A program made the position numbers and the translations under genes. From contig NC_087436.1 in assembly GCF_036321535.1 (NCBI RefSeq), forward strand, positions 2,852,001 through 2,916,000: a DNA stretch of 64,000 nucleotides, given 5' to 3'. The stretch is from Camelus dromedarius. Taxonomy: Eukaryota. Below, piece after piece: positions 9,500 through 23,100 of the stretch (position 1 is its first letter; each line of letters opens with the position of its first letter). The notes under the pieces are model-generated. The model did no database searches. It was not told the origin of the DNA and saw only the letters and a list, made by a program, of their open reading frames with translations.

Positions 9500-12400
9500 T
9501 GTGGAGAGACGTTCGTTCATCTAGAACAAAGGGAACGGGTTGCAGGAGAAACTTTTACTCTGGTATCTCAGTATGTTTCCTAGTGCCGGTTTGAAGTTCC
9601 TGCAGTTTTCACTGTAAATCAGATTTGAAGCTAGTACCTCCCAATATATATTTATGAAGAGGTGATTTCAAATGAAAAGAAACTTTGTGGTCCCAAGAAG
9701 CTAGGTGAAAGACGGCTTTAACAAAAACTTATCACTCAGAACTGAGCATCTGGAGAGACGTTCGTTCATCTAGCACAAAGGGAACGGGTTGCAGGAGAAA
9801 CTTTTACTCTGGTTTCTCAGTCTGTTTCCTAGTGCCGGTTTGAAGTTCCTGCAGTTTTCACTGTAAAACAGATTTGGAGCTAGATCCTCCCCATATATAT
9901 GTATGGATTGGAGTTTGCAACTGAAAAGAATCTTTGTGTTCCCAACAAGCAAGGTGAAGGACGGCTTTCACACACACTTATCTCTCAGAACTGAGCATGT
10001 GTAGAGACGTTCGTTCAAGTAGCACAAAAGGAACGGGTTGCAGGAGAAACTATTACTCTGGTTTCTCAGTCTGTTTCCTAGTGCCGGTTTGAAGTTACTG
10101 CAGTTTTCACTGTAAAATCGAGTTGGAGTTGTACCTCCCCATATATATGTATGGAGTGGAGTTTACAAGTGAAAAGAAACTTTGTGTTCCCAACAAGCTA
10201 GGTGAAGGACGGCTTTCACACTCACTTATCTCTCAGAACTGAGCACGTGGAGAGACGTTCATTCATCTAGCAAAAAGGGAAAGGGTTGCAGGAGAAACTT
10301 TTACTCTGATTTCTCAGTCTGTTTCCTAGTGCCGGTATGAATTTCCTGCAGTTTTCACTGTAAATCAGAGTTGGAGCTAGTACCTCCCAATATATATCTA
10401 TGGAGAGGTTTTTGCAACTGAAAAGAAACTTTGTGTTCCCAACAAGCTAGGTGAAGGACGGGTTTCACAAACACTTATCTCTCAGAACTGAGCATGTGGA
10501 GGGACGTTCGTTCAACTAGCACAAATGGAATGGGTTGCAGGAGAAACTTATACTCTGGTTTCTCAGTCTCTTTCCTAGTACCGGTTTGAAGTTCCTGCAG
10601 TTTTCACTGTAAAATCGAGTTGGATCTAGTACCTCCCCATATATATATATGGACTGGAGTTTGCAAGTGAAAAGAAACTTTGTGTTTCCAACAAGCTAGG
10701 TGAAGGACGGCTTTCACACACAATTATATCTCACAACTGAGCACGTGGAGAGACGTTCATTCATCTAGCACAAAGGGAACGAGTTGCAGGAGAAACTTTT
10801 ACTCTGATTTCTCAGTCTGTTTCCTAGTGCCTGTTTGAAGTTCCTGCATTTTTCACTGTAAAACCGAGTTGGAGCTAGTACCTCCCCATATATATGTAAG
10901 GAGTGGAGTTTGCCAGTGAAAAGAAAATTTGTGTTCCCAACAAACTAGGTGAAGGACGGCTTTCACACACACTTATCTCTCAGAACTGAGCACGTGGAGA
11001 GACGTTCGTTCATCTAGCACAAAGGGAACGGTTTGCAGGAGAAATTTTTACTCTGGTTTCTCAGTCTGTTTCCTAGTGCCGGTTTGAAGTTCCTGCAGTT
11101 TTCTCTGTAAAACCGAGTTGGAGCTAGTACCTCCCCATATATATGTATGGATTGGTGTTTGCAACTGAAAAGAAACTTTGTGTTCCCAACAAGCTTGGTG
11201 AAGGACGGCTTTCACATACACTTATCTCTCAGAACTGAGCATGTGGAGAGACGTTCGTTCATCTAGCACAAACGGAACGGGTTGCAGGAGAAACTTTTAC
11301 ACTGCTTTCTCAGTCTGTTTCCTAGTGCCGGTTTGAAGTTCCTGAATTATTTACTGTAAAACCGAGTTGGAGCTAGTAACTCCCCATATATATGTATGGA
11401 GGGGGTTTGCAAGTGAAAAGAAACTTTGTGTTCCCAACAAGCTAGGTGAAGTACGGTTTTTACACACACTTATCTCTCAGAAATAAGCATGTGGAGAGAC
11501 TTTCGTTCTTCTAGCACAAAGGGAACGGGTTGCAGGAGAAACTTGTACACTGGTTTCTCAGTCTGTTTCCTAGTGCCGGTTTGAAGTTCCTGCAGTTTTC
11601 ACTATAAAACTGAGTTGGAGCTAGTACCTCCCCATAAATATGTATGGAGTGGAGTTTGCAACTGAAAAGAAACTTTGTGTTCCCAACAAGCTGGGTGAAG
11701 GACGGCTTTCACACACACTTATCTCTCAGAACTGAGCATGTGGAGAGACGTTCGTTCATCTAGAACAAAGGGAACGGGTTGCAGGAGAAACTTTTTCTCT
11801 GGTATCTCAGTCTGTTTCCTAGTGCCGGTTTGAAGTTCCTGCAGTTTTGACTGTAAATCAGATTTGGAGCTAGTACCTCCCAATATATATATATAGAGAG
11901 GTGTTTGCAACTGAAAAGAAACTTTGTGGTCCCAACAAGCTAGGTGAAGGACGGCTTTCACAAATATTTATCACTCAGAAATGAGCATCTGGAGAGACGT
12001 TCGTTCATCTAGCACAAAGGGAACGGTTTGCAGGAGAAACTTTTACTCTGGTTTCTCTGTCTGTTTCCTACTGCCGGTTTGAAGTTCCTGCAGTTTTCAC
12101 TGTAAAACAGATTTGGACCTAGATCCTCCCCATATATATGTATGGAGTGGAGTTTGCAACTGAAAAGTATCTTTGTGTTCCCTACAAGCAAGGAGAAGGA
12201 CGGCTTTCACACACACTTATTTCTCAGAACTTAGCATGTGTAGAGACCTTCGATCAACTAGCACAAAGGGAACGGGTTGCAGGAGAAACTCTTACTTGGT
12301 TTCTCAGTCTGTTTCCTAGTGCCGGATTGATGTTCCTGCAGTTTTCACTGTAAAACCGAGTTGGAGCTAGTACCTCCCCATATATATGTAAGGAGTGGAG

Positions 12401-13400
12401 TTTGAAAGTGAAAAGAAACTTTGTTTTCACAACAAGCTAGGTGAAGGACGGCTTTCACACACACTTATCTCTCAGAACTGAGCATGTGGAGAGACGTTCG
12501 TTCATCTAGCAAAAAGGGAAAGGGTTGCAGGAGAAACTTTTACTCTGGTTTCTCAGTCTGTTTCCTAGTGCCGGTATGAAGTTCCTGCAGTTTTCACTGT
12601 AAATCAGAGTTGGAGCTAGTACCTCCCAATATATATTTATGGAGACGTTTTTGCAACTGAAAAGAAACATTGTGTTCCCAACAAGCTAGGTGAAGGACGG
12701 GTTTCACAAACACTTATCTCTCAGAACTGAGCATGTGGAGAGACGTTCGTTCAACTAGCACAAAGGGAATGGGTTGCAGGAGAAACATATACTCTGGTTT
12801 CTCAGTCTCTTTCCTAGTGCCGGTTTGAAGTTCCTGCAGTTTTCACTGTAAAACCGAGTTGGATCTAGTACCTCCCCATATATATATATGGACTGGAGTT
12901 TGCAAGTGAAAAGAAACTTTGTGTTTCCAACAAACTAGGTGAAGGACGGCTTTCACACACACTTATCTCTCAGAACTGAGCATGTGGAGAGACGTTCGTT
13001 CATCTAGCAAAAAGGGAAAGGGTTGCAGGAGAAACTTTTACTCTGGTTTCTCAGTCTGTTTCCTAGTGCCGGTATGAAGTTCCTGCAGTTTTCACTGTAA
13101 ATCAGAGTTGGAGCTAGTACCTCCCAATATATATTTATGGAGACGTTTTTGCAACTGAAAAGAAACATTGTGTTCCCAACAAGCTAGGTGAAGGACGGGT
13201 TTCACAAACACTTATCTCTCAGAACTGAGCATGTGGAGAGACGTTCGTTCAACTAGCACAAAGGGAATGGGTTGCAGGAGAAACATATACTCTGGTTTCT
13301 CAGTCTCTTTCCTAGTGCCGGTTTGAAGTTCCTGCAGTTTTCACTGTAAAACCGAGTTGGAGCTAGTACCTCCCCATATATATGTAAGGAGTGGAGTTTG
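9500..13400. repeat. Diverged block duplication at 9-monomer offset, with a nested recent 2-monomer tandem duplication
   Basis: ORFs 9770 and 12009 are offset by 2239 and share GTGGTCCC, TATCACTCAG, GAGCATCTGG and TAGATCCTCC. The segment ~12470-12860 is repeated almost exactly at +498. Confidence 0.75.
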
Positions 13401-15629
13401 AAAGTGAAAAGAAACTTTGTTTTCCCAACAAGCTAGGTGAAGGACGGCTTTCACACACACTTATCTCTCAGAAATGAGCACGTGGAGAGACGTTCGTTCA
13501 TCTAGCACAAAGGGAACGGTCTGCTGGAGAAACTTTTACTCTTTTTTCTCAGTCTGTTTCCTAGTGCCGGTTTGAAGTTCCTGCAGTTTTCACTGAAAAA
13601 TCGAGTTGGAGCTTGAACCTCCCCATTTATATGTATGGAGTGGAGTTTGCAAGTGAAAAGAATCTTTGTGTTCCCAACAAGCTAGGTGAAGGACGGCTTT
13701 CACACACACTTATCTCTCAGAACTGAGCACGTGGAGAGACGTTCATTCATCTAGCACAAATGGAATGGTTTGCAGGATAAACTTTTACTCTGGTTTCTCA
13801 GTCTGTTTCCTAGTGCCACTTTGAAGTTCCTGCAGTTTTCAATGTAAAACCGAGTTGGAGCTAGTACCTCCCCATATATATGTATGGAGTGGAGTTTGCA
13901 AGTGAAAAGAAACTTTGTGTTCCAAACAATCTAGTTGAAGGACGGCTTTCACACACACTTCTCTCTCAGAACTGAGCAGGTGGAGAGACGTTCATTCATC
14001 TAGCACAAATGGAACGGGTTGCTGGAGAAACTTTTACTCTGGTTTCTCAGTCTGTTTCCTAGTGCCGGTTTGAAGTTCCTGCATTTTTCACTGTAAAAAC
14101 GAGTTGGAGATAGTACCTCCCCATATATATGTATGGAATGGAGTTTGCAAGTGAAAAGAAACTTTGTGTTCCCAACAAGCTAGGTGAAGGACGGCTTTCA
14201 CACACAATTATCTCTCAGAAATGAGCATGTGGAGAGACGTTCGTTCATCTAGCACAAAGGGAACGGGTTGCAGGAGTAACTTTAACTCTGGTTTCTCAGT
14301 CTGTTTCCTAGTGCAGGTTGGAAGTTCCTTCAGTTTTCAATGAAAAACAGTGTTGGATCTAGTACCTCCCCATATATATGTATGGATTGGTGTTTGCAAC
14401 TGAAAAGAAACTTTGTGTTCCCAACAAGCTTGGTGAAGGACGGCTTTCACATACATTTATCTCTCAGAACTGAGCATGTGGAGAGACGTTCTTTCATCTT
14501 GCACAAAGGAACGGGTTGCAGTAGAAACTTTTACTCTGGTTTCTCAGTCTGTTTCCTAGTGCCGGTTTGAAGTTCCTGCAGTTTTCACTGTAAAACCGAG
14601 TTGGAGCTAGTACCTCCCCATATTTATGTATGGAGTGGGGTTTGCAAGTGAAAAGAAACTTTGTGTTCCCAACAAGCAAGGTTAAGGACGGCTTTCACAC
14701 ACAATTATCTCTCAGAACTGAGCATTTGGAGAGACGTTCGTTCATCTAGCACAAAGGGAACGGGTTGCAGGAGAAACTATTACTCTGGTTTCTCAGTCTG
14801 TTTCCTAGTGCCGCTTTGAAGTTCCTGCAGTTTTCACTGTAAAATCGAGTTGGAGCTTGAACCTCCCCATTTATATGTATGGAGTGGAGTTTGCAAGTGA
14901 AAAGAAACTTTGTGTTCCCAACAAGCTAGGTGAATGACGGCTTTCACACACATTTATCTCTCAGAACTTAGCACGTGGAGAGACGTTCATTCATCTAGCA
15001 CAAATGGAAAGGTTTGCAGGAGAAACTTTTACTCTGGATTCTCAGTCTGTTTCCTAGTGCCGGTATGAAGTTCCTGCAGTTTTGACTGTAAAACAGTGTT
15101 GGAGCTATTACCTCCCCATATATATGTATGGAATGGTGTTTGCAAGTGAAAAGAATCTTTGTGTTCCCAACAAGCTAGGTGAAGGACGGGTTTCACACAC
15201 AATTATCTCTCAGAAATGAGCATGTGGAGAGACGTTCGTTCATCTAGCACAAAGGGAACGGGTTGCAGGAGAAACTTTTACTCTGGTTTCTCAGACTGTT
15301 TCCTAGTGCAGGTTGGAAGTTCCTTCAGTTTTCAATGAAAAACAGTGTTGGAGCTAGTACCTCCCCATATATATGTATCGATTGGTGTTTGCAACTGAAA
15401 GAAACTTTGTGTTCCCAACAAGCTTGGTGAAGGACGGCTTTCACATACACTTATCTCTCAGAACTGAGCATGTGGAGAGACTTTCGTTCATCTAGCAAAA
15501 AACGGAACGGGTTGCAGTAGAAACTTTTATTCTGGTTTCTCAGTCTGTTTCCTAGTGCCGGTTTGAAGTTCCTGCAGTTTTCACTGTAAAACCGTGTTGG
15601 AGCTAGTAACTCCCCATATATATGTATGG

Positions 15630-18600
15630 AGTGGGGTTTGCAAGTGAAAAGAATCTTTGTATTCCCAACAAGCTAGGTGAAGGACGGCTTTCACACACAA
15701 TTATCTCTCAGAACTGAGCATGTGGAGAGACGTTCATTCATCTAGGACAAATGGAACGGGTTGCAGGAGAAACTTTTACTCTGGTTTCTCAGTCTGTTTC
15801 CTAGTGCCGGTATGAAGTTCCAGCAGTTTTCAATTTAAAACCGAGTTGGAGCTAGAACCTCCCATATACATGTATGTAGCGGAGTTTGCAAGTGAAAAGA
15901 AACTTTGTGTTCCCAACAAGCTTGGTGAAGTACGGCTTTCACATACAATAATCTCTCAGAAATAAGCATGTGGAGAGACGCCCGTTCAACTAGCACAAAG
16001 GGAACGGGTTGCAGGGGAAACTTTTACTCTGGTTTCTCAGTTTTTTCCTAGTGCCGTTTTGAAGTTCCTGCAGTTTTCACTGTAAAACCGAGTTGGAGCT
16101 AGTACCTCCCCATATATATGTATGGACTGGAGTTTGCAACTGAAAAGAACTTTGTGTTCCCAACAAGATTGGTGAAGGACGGATTTCACACACACTTATC
16201 TCTCAGAACTGAGCATGTGGAGAGACTTTCGTTCATCTAGCACAAAGAGAACGGGTTGCAGGAGAAACTTTTACTCTGGTTTCTCAGTCTGTTTCCTAGT
16301 GCCGGTTGGAAATTCCTTCAGATTTCAATGAAAAACAATGTTGGAGCTAGTACCTCCCCATATATATCTATGGATTGGTGTTTGCAACTGAAAAGAAACT
16401 TTGTATTCCCAACAAGCTTGGTGAAGGACGGCTTTCACATACACTTATCTCTCAGAACTGAGCATCTGCAGAGACGTTCGTTCATCTACCACAAATGGAA
16501 CTGGTTGCAGGAGAAACTTTTACGCTGGTTTCTCAGTCTTTTTCCTAGTGCTGGTTTGAAGTTCCTGCAGTTTTCACTGTAAAACCGAGTTGGAGCTTGA
16601 ACCAAACCATATATACGTATGGAGTGGACTTTGCAACTGAAAAGAAACTTTGTGTTCCCAACAAGCAAGTTGAAGGACGGCTTTCACACACACTTATCTC
16701 TCAGAACTGAGCATGTGGAGAGACGTTCGTTCAACTAGCACAAAGGGAACGGTTTGCAGGGGAAACTTTTACTCTTTTTTCTCAGTCTGTTTCCTTGTGC
16801 CGGTTTGAATTTCCTGCAGTTTTCACTGTAAAATCGAATTGGAGCTTGTTCCTCCCCATATATAAGTATGGAATGGAGTTTGCAAGTGAAAAGAAACTTT
16901 GTGTTCCCAAGAAGCTAGCTGAAGGACGGCTTTCACACACACTTATTTCTCAGAACTGAGCACTTGGAGAGACTTACATTCATCTAGCACAAGGGAACGG
17001 GTTGCAGGAGAAACATTTACTCTGGTTTCTCAGTCTGTTTCCTAGTGCCGTTTTGAAATTCATGCAGTTTTCACTGTAAAACCGAGTTGGAGCTAGTACC
17101 TCCCCATAAGTATGTATGGAGTGGAGTTTGCAAGGGAAAAAGAAACTTTGTCTTCCCAACAAGCTAGGTGAAGGACGGCTTTCACACACACTTATCTCTC
17201 AGAACTGAGCACGTGGAGAGACGTTCGTTCATCTTGCATAAAGTGAACGGGTTGCAGGAGAATCTTTTACTCTGGATTCTCAGTCTGTTTCCTAGTGCCG
17301 GTTTGAAATTCCTGCAGTTTTCACTGTAAAACCGTGTTGGAGCTATTACCTCCCCATATATATGTATGAATTGGAGTTTTTAATTGAAAAGAAACTTTGT
17401 GTTCCCAACAAGAAACGTGAAGGACGGCTTTCACCCACACATTTCTCTGAGAACTGAGCATGTTGAGAGACTTTCGTTCATCTAGCACAAAGGGAACGGG
17501 TTGCAGGAGAAACTATTACTCTGGTTTCTCAGTGTGTTTCCTGGTGCCGGTTTGAAGTTCCTACAGTTTTCACTGTAAAACCGAGTTGGAGCTAGTACCT
17601 CCCCATATATAAGTTTGGAGTGGAGTTTGCAACTGAAAAGAAACTTTGTGTTCCCAACAAGCTAGGTGAAGACGGCTATCACCCACACATTTCTCTGAGA
17701 ACTGAGCATGTTGAGAGACTTTCGTTCATCTAGCACAAATGGAACGGGTTGTAGGAGAAAGTTTTACTCTTGTTTCTCAGTCTTTTTCCTAGTGCCGGTT
17801 TGAATTTCCTGCAGTTTTCACTGTAAAACCGTGTTGGAACTAGTACCTCCCCATATATATGTATGGAGTGGGGTTTGCAAGTGAAAAGAATCTTTGTGTT
17901 CCCAACAAGCTAGGTGAAGGACGGCTTTCACACACAATTATCTCTCAGAACTGAGCATGTGGAGAGACGTTCATTCATCTAGGACAAATGGAACGGGTTG
18001 CAGGAGAAACTTTTACTCTGGTTTCTCAGTCTGTTTCCTAGTGCCGGTATGAAGTTCCAGCAGTTTTCAATTTAAAACCGTGTTGGAGCTAGAACCTCCC
18101 ATATACATGTATGTAGCGGAGTTTGCAAGTGAAAAGAAACTTTGTGTTCCCAACAAGCTTGGTGAAGGACGGCTTTCACATACAATAATCTCTCAGAAAT
18201 AAGCATGTGGAGAGACGCCCGTTCAAATAGCACAAAGGGAACGGGTTGCAGGGGAAACTTTTACTCTGGTTTCTCAGTTTTTTCCTAGTGCCGTTTTGAA
18301 GTTCCTGCAGTTTTCACTGTAAAACCGAGTTGGAGCTAGTACCTCCCCATATATATGTATGGACTGGAGTTTGCAACTGAAAAGAACTTTGTGTTCCCAA
18401 CAAGATTGGTGAAGGACGGATTTCACACACACTTATCTCTCAGAACTGAGCATGTGGAGAGACTTTCGTTCATCTAGCACAAAGAGAACGGGTTGCAGGA
18501 GAAAGTTTTACTCTGGTTTCTCAGTCTGTTTCCTAGTGCCGGTTGGAATTTCCTTCAGATTTCAATGAAAAACAATGTTGGAGCTAGTACCTCCCCATAT

Positions 18601-20100
18601 ATATCTATGGATTGGTGTTTGCAACTGAAAAGAAACTGTATTCCCAACAAGCTTGGTGAAGGACGGCTTTCACATACACTTATCTCTCAGAACTGAGCAT
18701 CTGCAGAGACGTTCGTTCATCTACCACAAATGGAACTGGTTGCAGGAGAAACTTTTACGCTGGTTTCTCAGTCTTTTTCCTAGTGCTGGTTTGAAGTTCC
18801 TGCAGTTTTCACTGTAAAACCGAGTTGGAGCTTGAACCAAACCATATATACGTATGGAGTGGACTTTGCAACTGAAAAGAAACTTTGTGTTCCCAACAAG
18901 CAAGTTGAAGGACGGCTTTCACACACACTTATCTCTCAGAACTGAGCATGTGGAGAGACGTTCGTTCAACTAGCACAAAGGGAACGGTTTGCAGGGGAAA
19001 CTTTTACTCTTTTTTCTCAGTCTGTTTCCTTGTGCCGGTTTGAATTTCCTGCAGTTTTCACTGTAAAATCGAATTGGAGCTTGTTCCTCCCCATATATAA
19101 GTATGGAATGGAGTTTGCAAGTGAAAAGAAACTTTGTGTTCCCAAGAAGCTAGCTGAAGGACGGCTTTCACACACACTTATTTCTCAGAACTGAGCACTT
19201 GGAGAGACTTTCATTCATCTAGCAAAAGGGAACGGGTTGCAGGAGAAACATTTACTCTGGTTTCTCAGTCTGTTTCCTAGTGCCGTTTTGAAATTCATGC
19301 AGTTTTCACTGTAAAACCGAGTTGGAGCTAGTACCTCCCCATAAGTATGTATGGAGTGGAGTTTGCAAGGGAAAAAGAAACTTTGTTTTCCCAACAAGCT
19401 AGGTGAAGGACGGCTTTCACACACACTTATCTCTCAGAACTGAGCACGTGGAGAGACGTTCGTTCATCTTGCATAAAGTGAACGGGTTGCAGGAGAATCT
19501 TTTACTCTGGATTCTCAGTCTGTTTCCTAGTGCCGGTTTGAAATTCCTGCAGTTTTCACTGTAAAACCGTGTTGGAGCTATTACCTCCCCATATATATGT
19601 ATGAATTGGAGTTTTTAATTGAAAAGAAACTTTGTGTTCCCAACAAGAAACGTGAAGGACGGCTTTCACCCACACATTTCTCTGAGATCTGAGCATGTTG
19701 AGAGACTTTCGTTCATCTAGCACAAAGGGAACGGGTTGCAGGAGAAACTATTACTCTGGTTTCTCAGTGTGTTTCCTGGTGCCGGTTTGAAGTTCCTACA
19801 GTTTTCACTGTAAAACCGAGTTGGAGCTAGTACCTCCCCATATATAAGTTTGGAGTGGAGTTTGCAACTGAAAAGAAACTTTGTGTTCCCAACAAGCTAG
19901 GTGAAGACGGCTATCACCCACACATTTCTCTGAGAACTGAGCATGTTGAGAGACTTTCGTTCATCTAGCACAAATGGAACGGGTTGTAGGAGAAAGTTTT
20001 ACTCTTGTTTCTCAGTCTTTTTCCTAGTGCCGGTTTGAATTTCCTGCAGTTTTCACTGTAAAACCGTGTTGGAACTAGTACCTCCCCATATATATGTATG
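15630..20100. repeat. Near-identical tandem duplication of a 9-monomer block (~2235 bp)
   Basis: ORF pairs 16486/18721 and 16980/19215 are offset by 2235 with identical or near-identical translations. Private variants (GACGCCCGTTC, CTTGAACCAAACCATATATACG, CCCACACATTTCTCTGAG) occur in both copies. Confidence 0.92.
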
Positions 20101-23100
20101 GATTGGTGTTTGCAAATTAATAGAAACTTTGTGTTCCCAACAAGCTTCGTGTAGGACGGCTCTCACATACACTTATCTCTCAGAACTGAGCATGTGGAGA
20201 GACGTTCGTTCATCTAGCACAAACGGAAAGGGTTGCAGGAGAAACTTTTACTCTGGTTTCTCAGTCTGTTTCCTAGTGCCGGTTAGAAGTTCCTGAAGTT
20301 TTCACTGTAAAATCGAGTTGGAGCTAGTACCTCCCCATATATATATATGGATTGGGGTTTGCAAGTGAAAAGAAACTTTGTGTTCCCAACAAGCTAGGTG
20401 AAGGACGGAATGCACACACAATTATCTCTCAGAAATGAGCATGTGGAGAGACGTTTGTTCATCTAGCACAAAGGGAACGGGTTGCAGGAGAAACTTTTAC
20501 TCTGGTTTCTCAGTCTGTTTCCTAGTGCCGGTTTGAATTTCCTGCAGTTTTCACTGTAAAATCGAGTTGGAGCTTGAACCTCCCCATTTATATGTATGGA
20601 GTGGAGTTTGCAAGTGAAAAGAAACTTTGTGTTCCCAACAAGCTAGATGAATGACGGCTTTCACACACACTTATCTCTCAGAACTGAGCACGTGGAGAGA
20701 CGTTCATTCATCTAGCACAAATGGAACGGTTTGCAGAAGAAACTTTTACTCTGGATTCTCAGTCTGTTTCCTAGTGCCGCTTTGAAGTTCCTGCAGTTTT
20801 CACTGTAAAACCACGTTGGAGCTAGTACCTCCCCATATATATGTATGGAGTGGAGTTTGCAAGTGAAAAGAAACTTTGTGTTCCCAACAAGCTAGGTGAA
20901 GGACGGCTTTCACACACACTTCACTCTCAGAACTGAGCACGTGGAGAGACGTTCATTCATCTAGCACAAATGGAACGGGTTGCAGGAGAAACTTTTACTC
21001 TGGTTTCTCAGTCTGTTTCCTAGTGCCGGTTTGAAGTTCCTGCAGTTTTCACTGTAAAAAAGTGTTGGAGCTATTACCTCCCCATATATATGTATGGAAT
21101 GGAGTTTGCAAGTGAAAAGAAACTTTGTGTTCCCAACAAGCTAGGTGAAGGACGGGTTTCACACACAATTATCTCTCAGAAATGAGCATGTGGAGAGAAG
21201 TTCGTTCATCTAGCACAAAGGGAACGGGTTGCAGGAGAAACTTTTACTCTGGTTTCTCAGTCTGTTTCCTACTGCAGGTTGGAAGTTCCTTCAGTTTTCA
21301 ATGATAAACAGTGTTGGAGCTAGTACCTCCCCATATATATGTATCGATTGGTGTTTTCAACTGAAAGAAACTTTGTGTTCCCAACAAGCTTGGTGAAGGA
21401 CGGCTTTCACATACACTTATCTCTCAGAACTGAGCATGTGGAGAGACGTTCGTTCATCTAGTAAAAAACGGAACGGGTTGCAGTAGAAACTTTTACTCTG
21501 GTTTCTCAGTCTGTTTCCTAGTGCCGGTTTGAAGTTCCTGCAGTTTTCACTATAAAACCGAGTTGGAGCTAGTAACTACCCATATATATGTATGGAGTGG
21601 GGTTTGCAAGTGAAAAGAAACTTTGTGTTCCCAACCAGCTAGTTTAAGGACGGCTTTCACACACAATTATCTCTCAGAACTGAGCATGTGGAGAGACGTT
21701 CGTTCATCTAGCACTAATGGAACGGGTTGCAGGAGAAACTATTACTCTGGTTTCTCAGTCTGTTTCCTTGTGCCGCTTTGAAGTTCCTGCAGTTTTCACT
21801 GTAAAATCGAGTTGGAGCTTGTACCTCCCCATTTACATGTATGGAGTGGAGTTTGCAAGTGAAAAGAAACTTTGTGTTCCCAACAAGAAACGTGAAGGAC
21901 GGCTTTCACCCACACATTTCTCTGAGAACTGAGCAGTTGAGAGACTTTCGTTCATCTAGCACAAAGGGAACGGGTTGCAGGAGAAACTATTACTCTGGTT
22001 TCTCAGTGTGTTTCCTGGTGCCGGTTTGAAGTTCCTACAGTTTTCACTGTAAAACCGAGTTGGAGCTAGTACCTCCCCATATATATATATGGACTGGAGT
22101 TTGCAACTGAAAAGAACTTTGTGTTCCCAACAAGATTGGTGAAGGACGGATTTCACACACACTTATCTCTCAGAACTGAGCATGTGGAGAGACTTTCGTT
22201 CATCTAGCACAAAGAGAACGGGTTGCAGGAGAAACTTTTACTCTGGTTTCTCAGTCTGTTTCCTAGTGCCGGTTGGAATTTCCTTCAGATTTCAATGAAA
22301 AACAATGTTGGAGCTAGTACCTCCCCATATATATCTATGGATTGGTGTTTGCAACTGAAAACAAACTTTGTATTCCCAACAAGCTTGGTGAAGGACGGCT
22401 TTCACATACACTTATCTCTCAGAACTGAGCATCTGCAGAGACGTTCGTTCATCTACCACAAATGGAACTGGTTGCAGGAGAAACTTTTACTCTGTTTTCT
22501 CAGTCTTTTTCCTAGTGCTGGTTTGAAGTTCCTGCAGTTTTCACTGTAAAACCGAGTTGGAGCTTGAACCACCCCATATATACGTATGGAGTGGACTTTG
22601 CAACTGAAAAGAAACTTTGTGTTCCCAACAAGCAAGTTGAAGGACGGCTTTCACACACACTTATCTCTCAGAACTGAGCATGTGGAGAGACGTTCGTTCA
22701 ACTAGCACAAAGGGAACGGTTTGCAGGGGAAACTTTTACTCTTTTTTCTCAGTCTGTTTCCTTGTGCCGGTTTGAATTTCCTGCAGTTTTCACTGTAAAA
22801 TCGAATTGGAGCTTGTTCCTCCCCATATATAAGTATGGAATGGAGTTTGCAAGTGAAAAGAAACTTTGTGTTCCCAAGAAGCTAGCTGAAGGACGGCTTT
22901 CACACACACTTATTTCTCAGAACTGAGCACTTGGAGAGACTTTCATTCATCTAGCACAAGGGAACGGGTTGCAGGAGAAACATTTACTCTGGTTTCTCAG
23001 TCTGTTTCCTAGTGCCGTTTTGAAATTCATGCAGTTTTCACTGTAAAACCGAGTTGGAGCTAGTACCTCCCCATAAGTATGTATGGAGTGGAGTTTGCAA

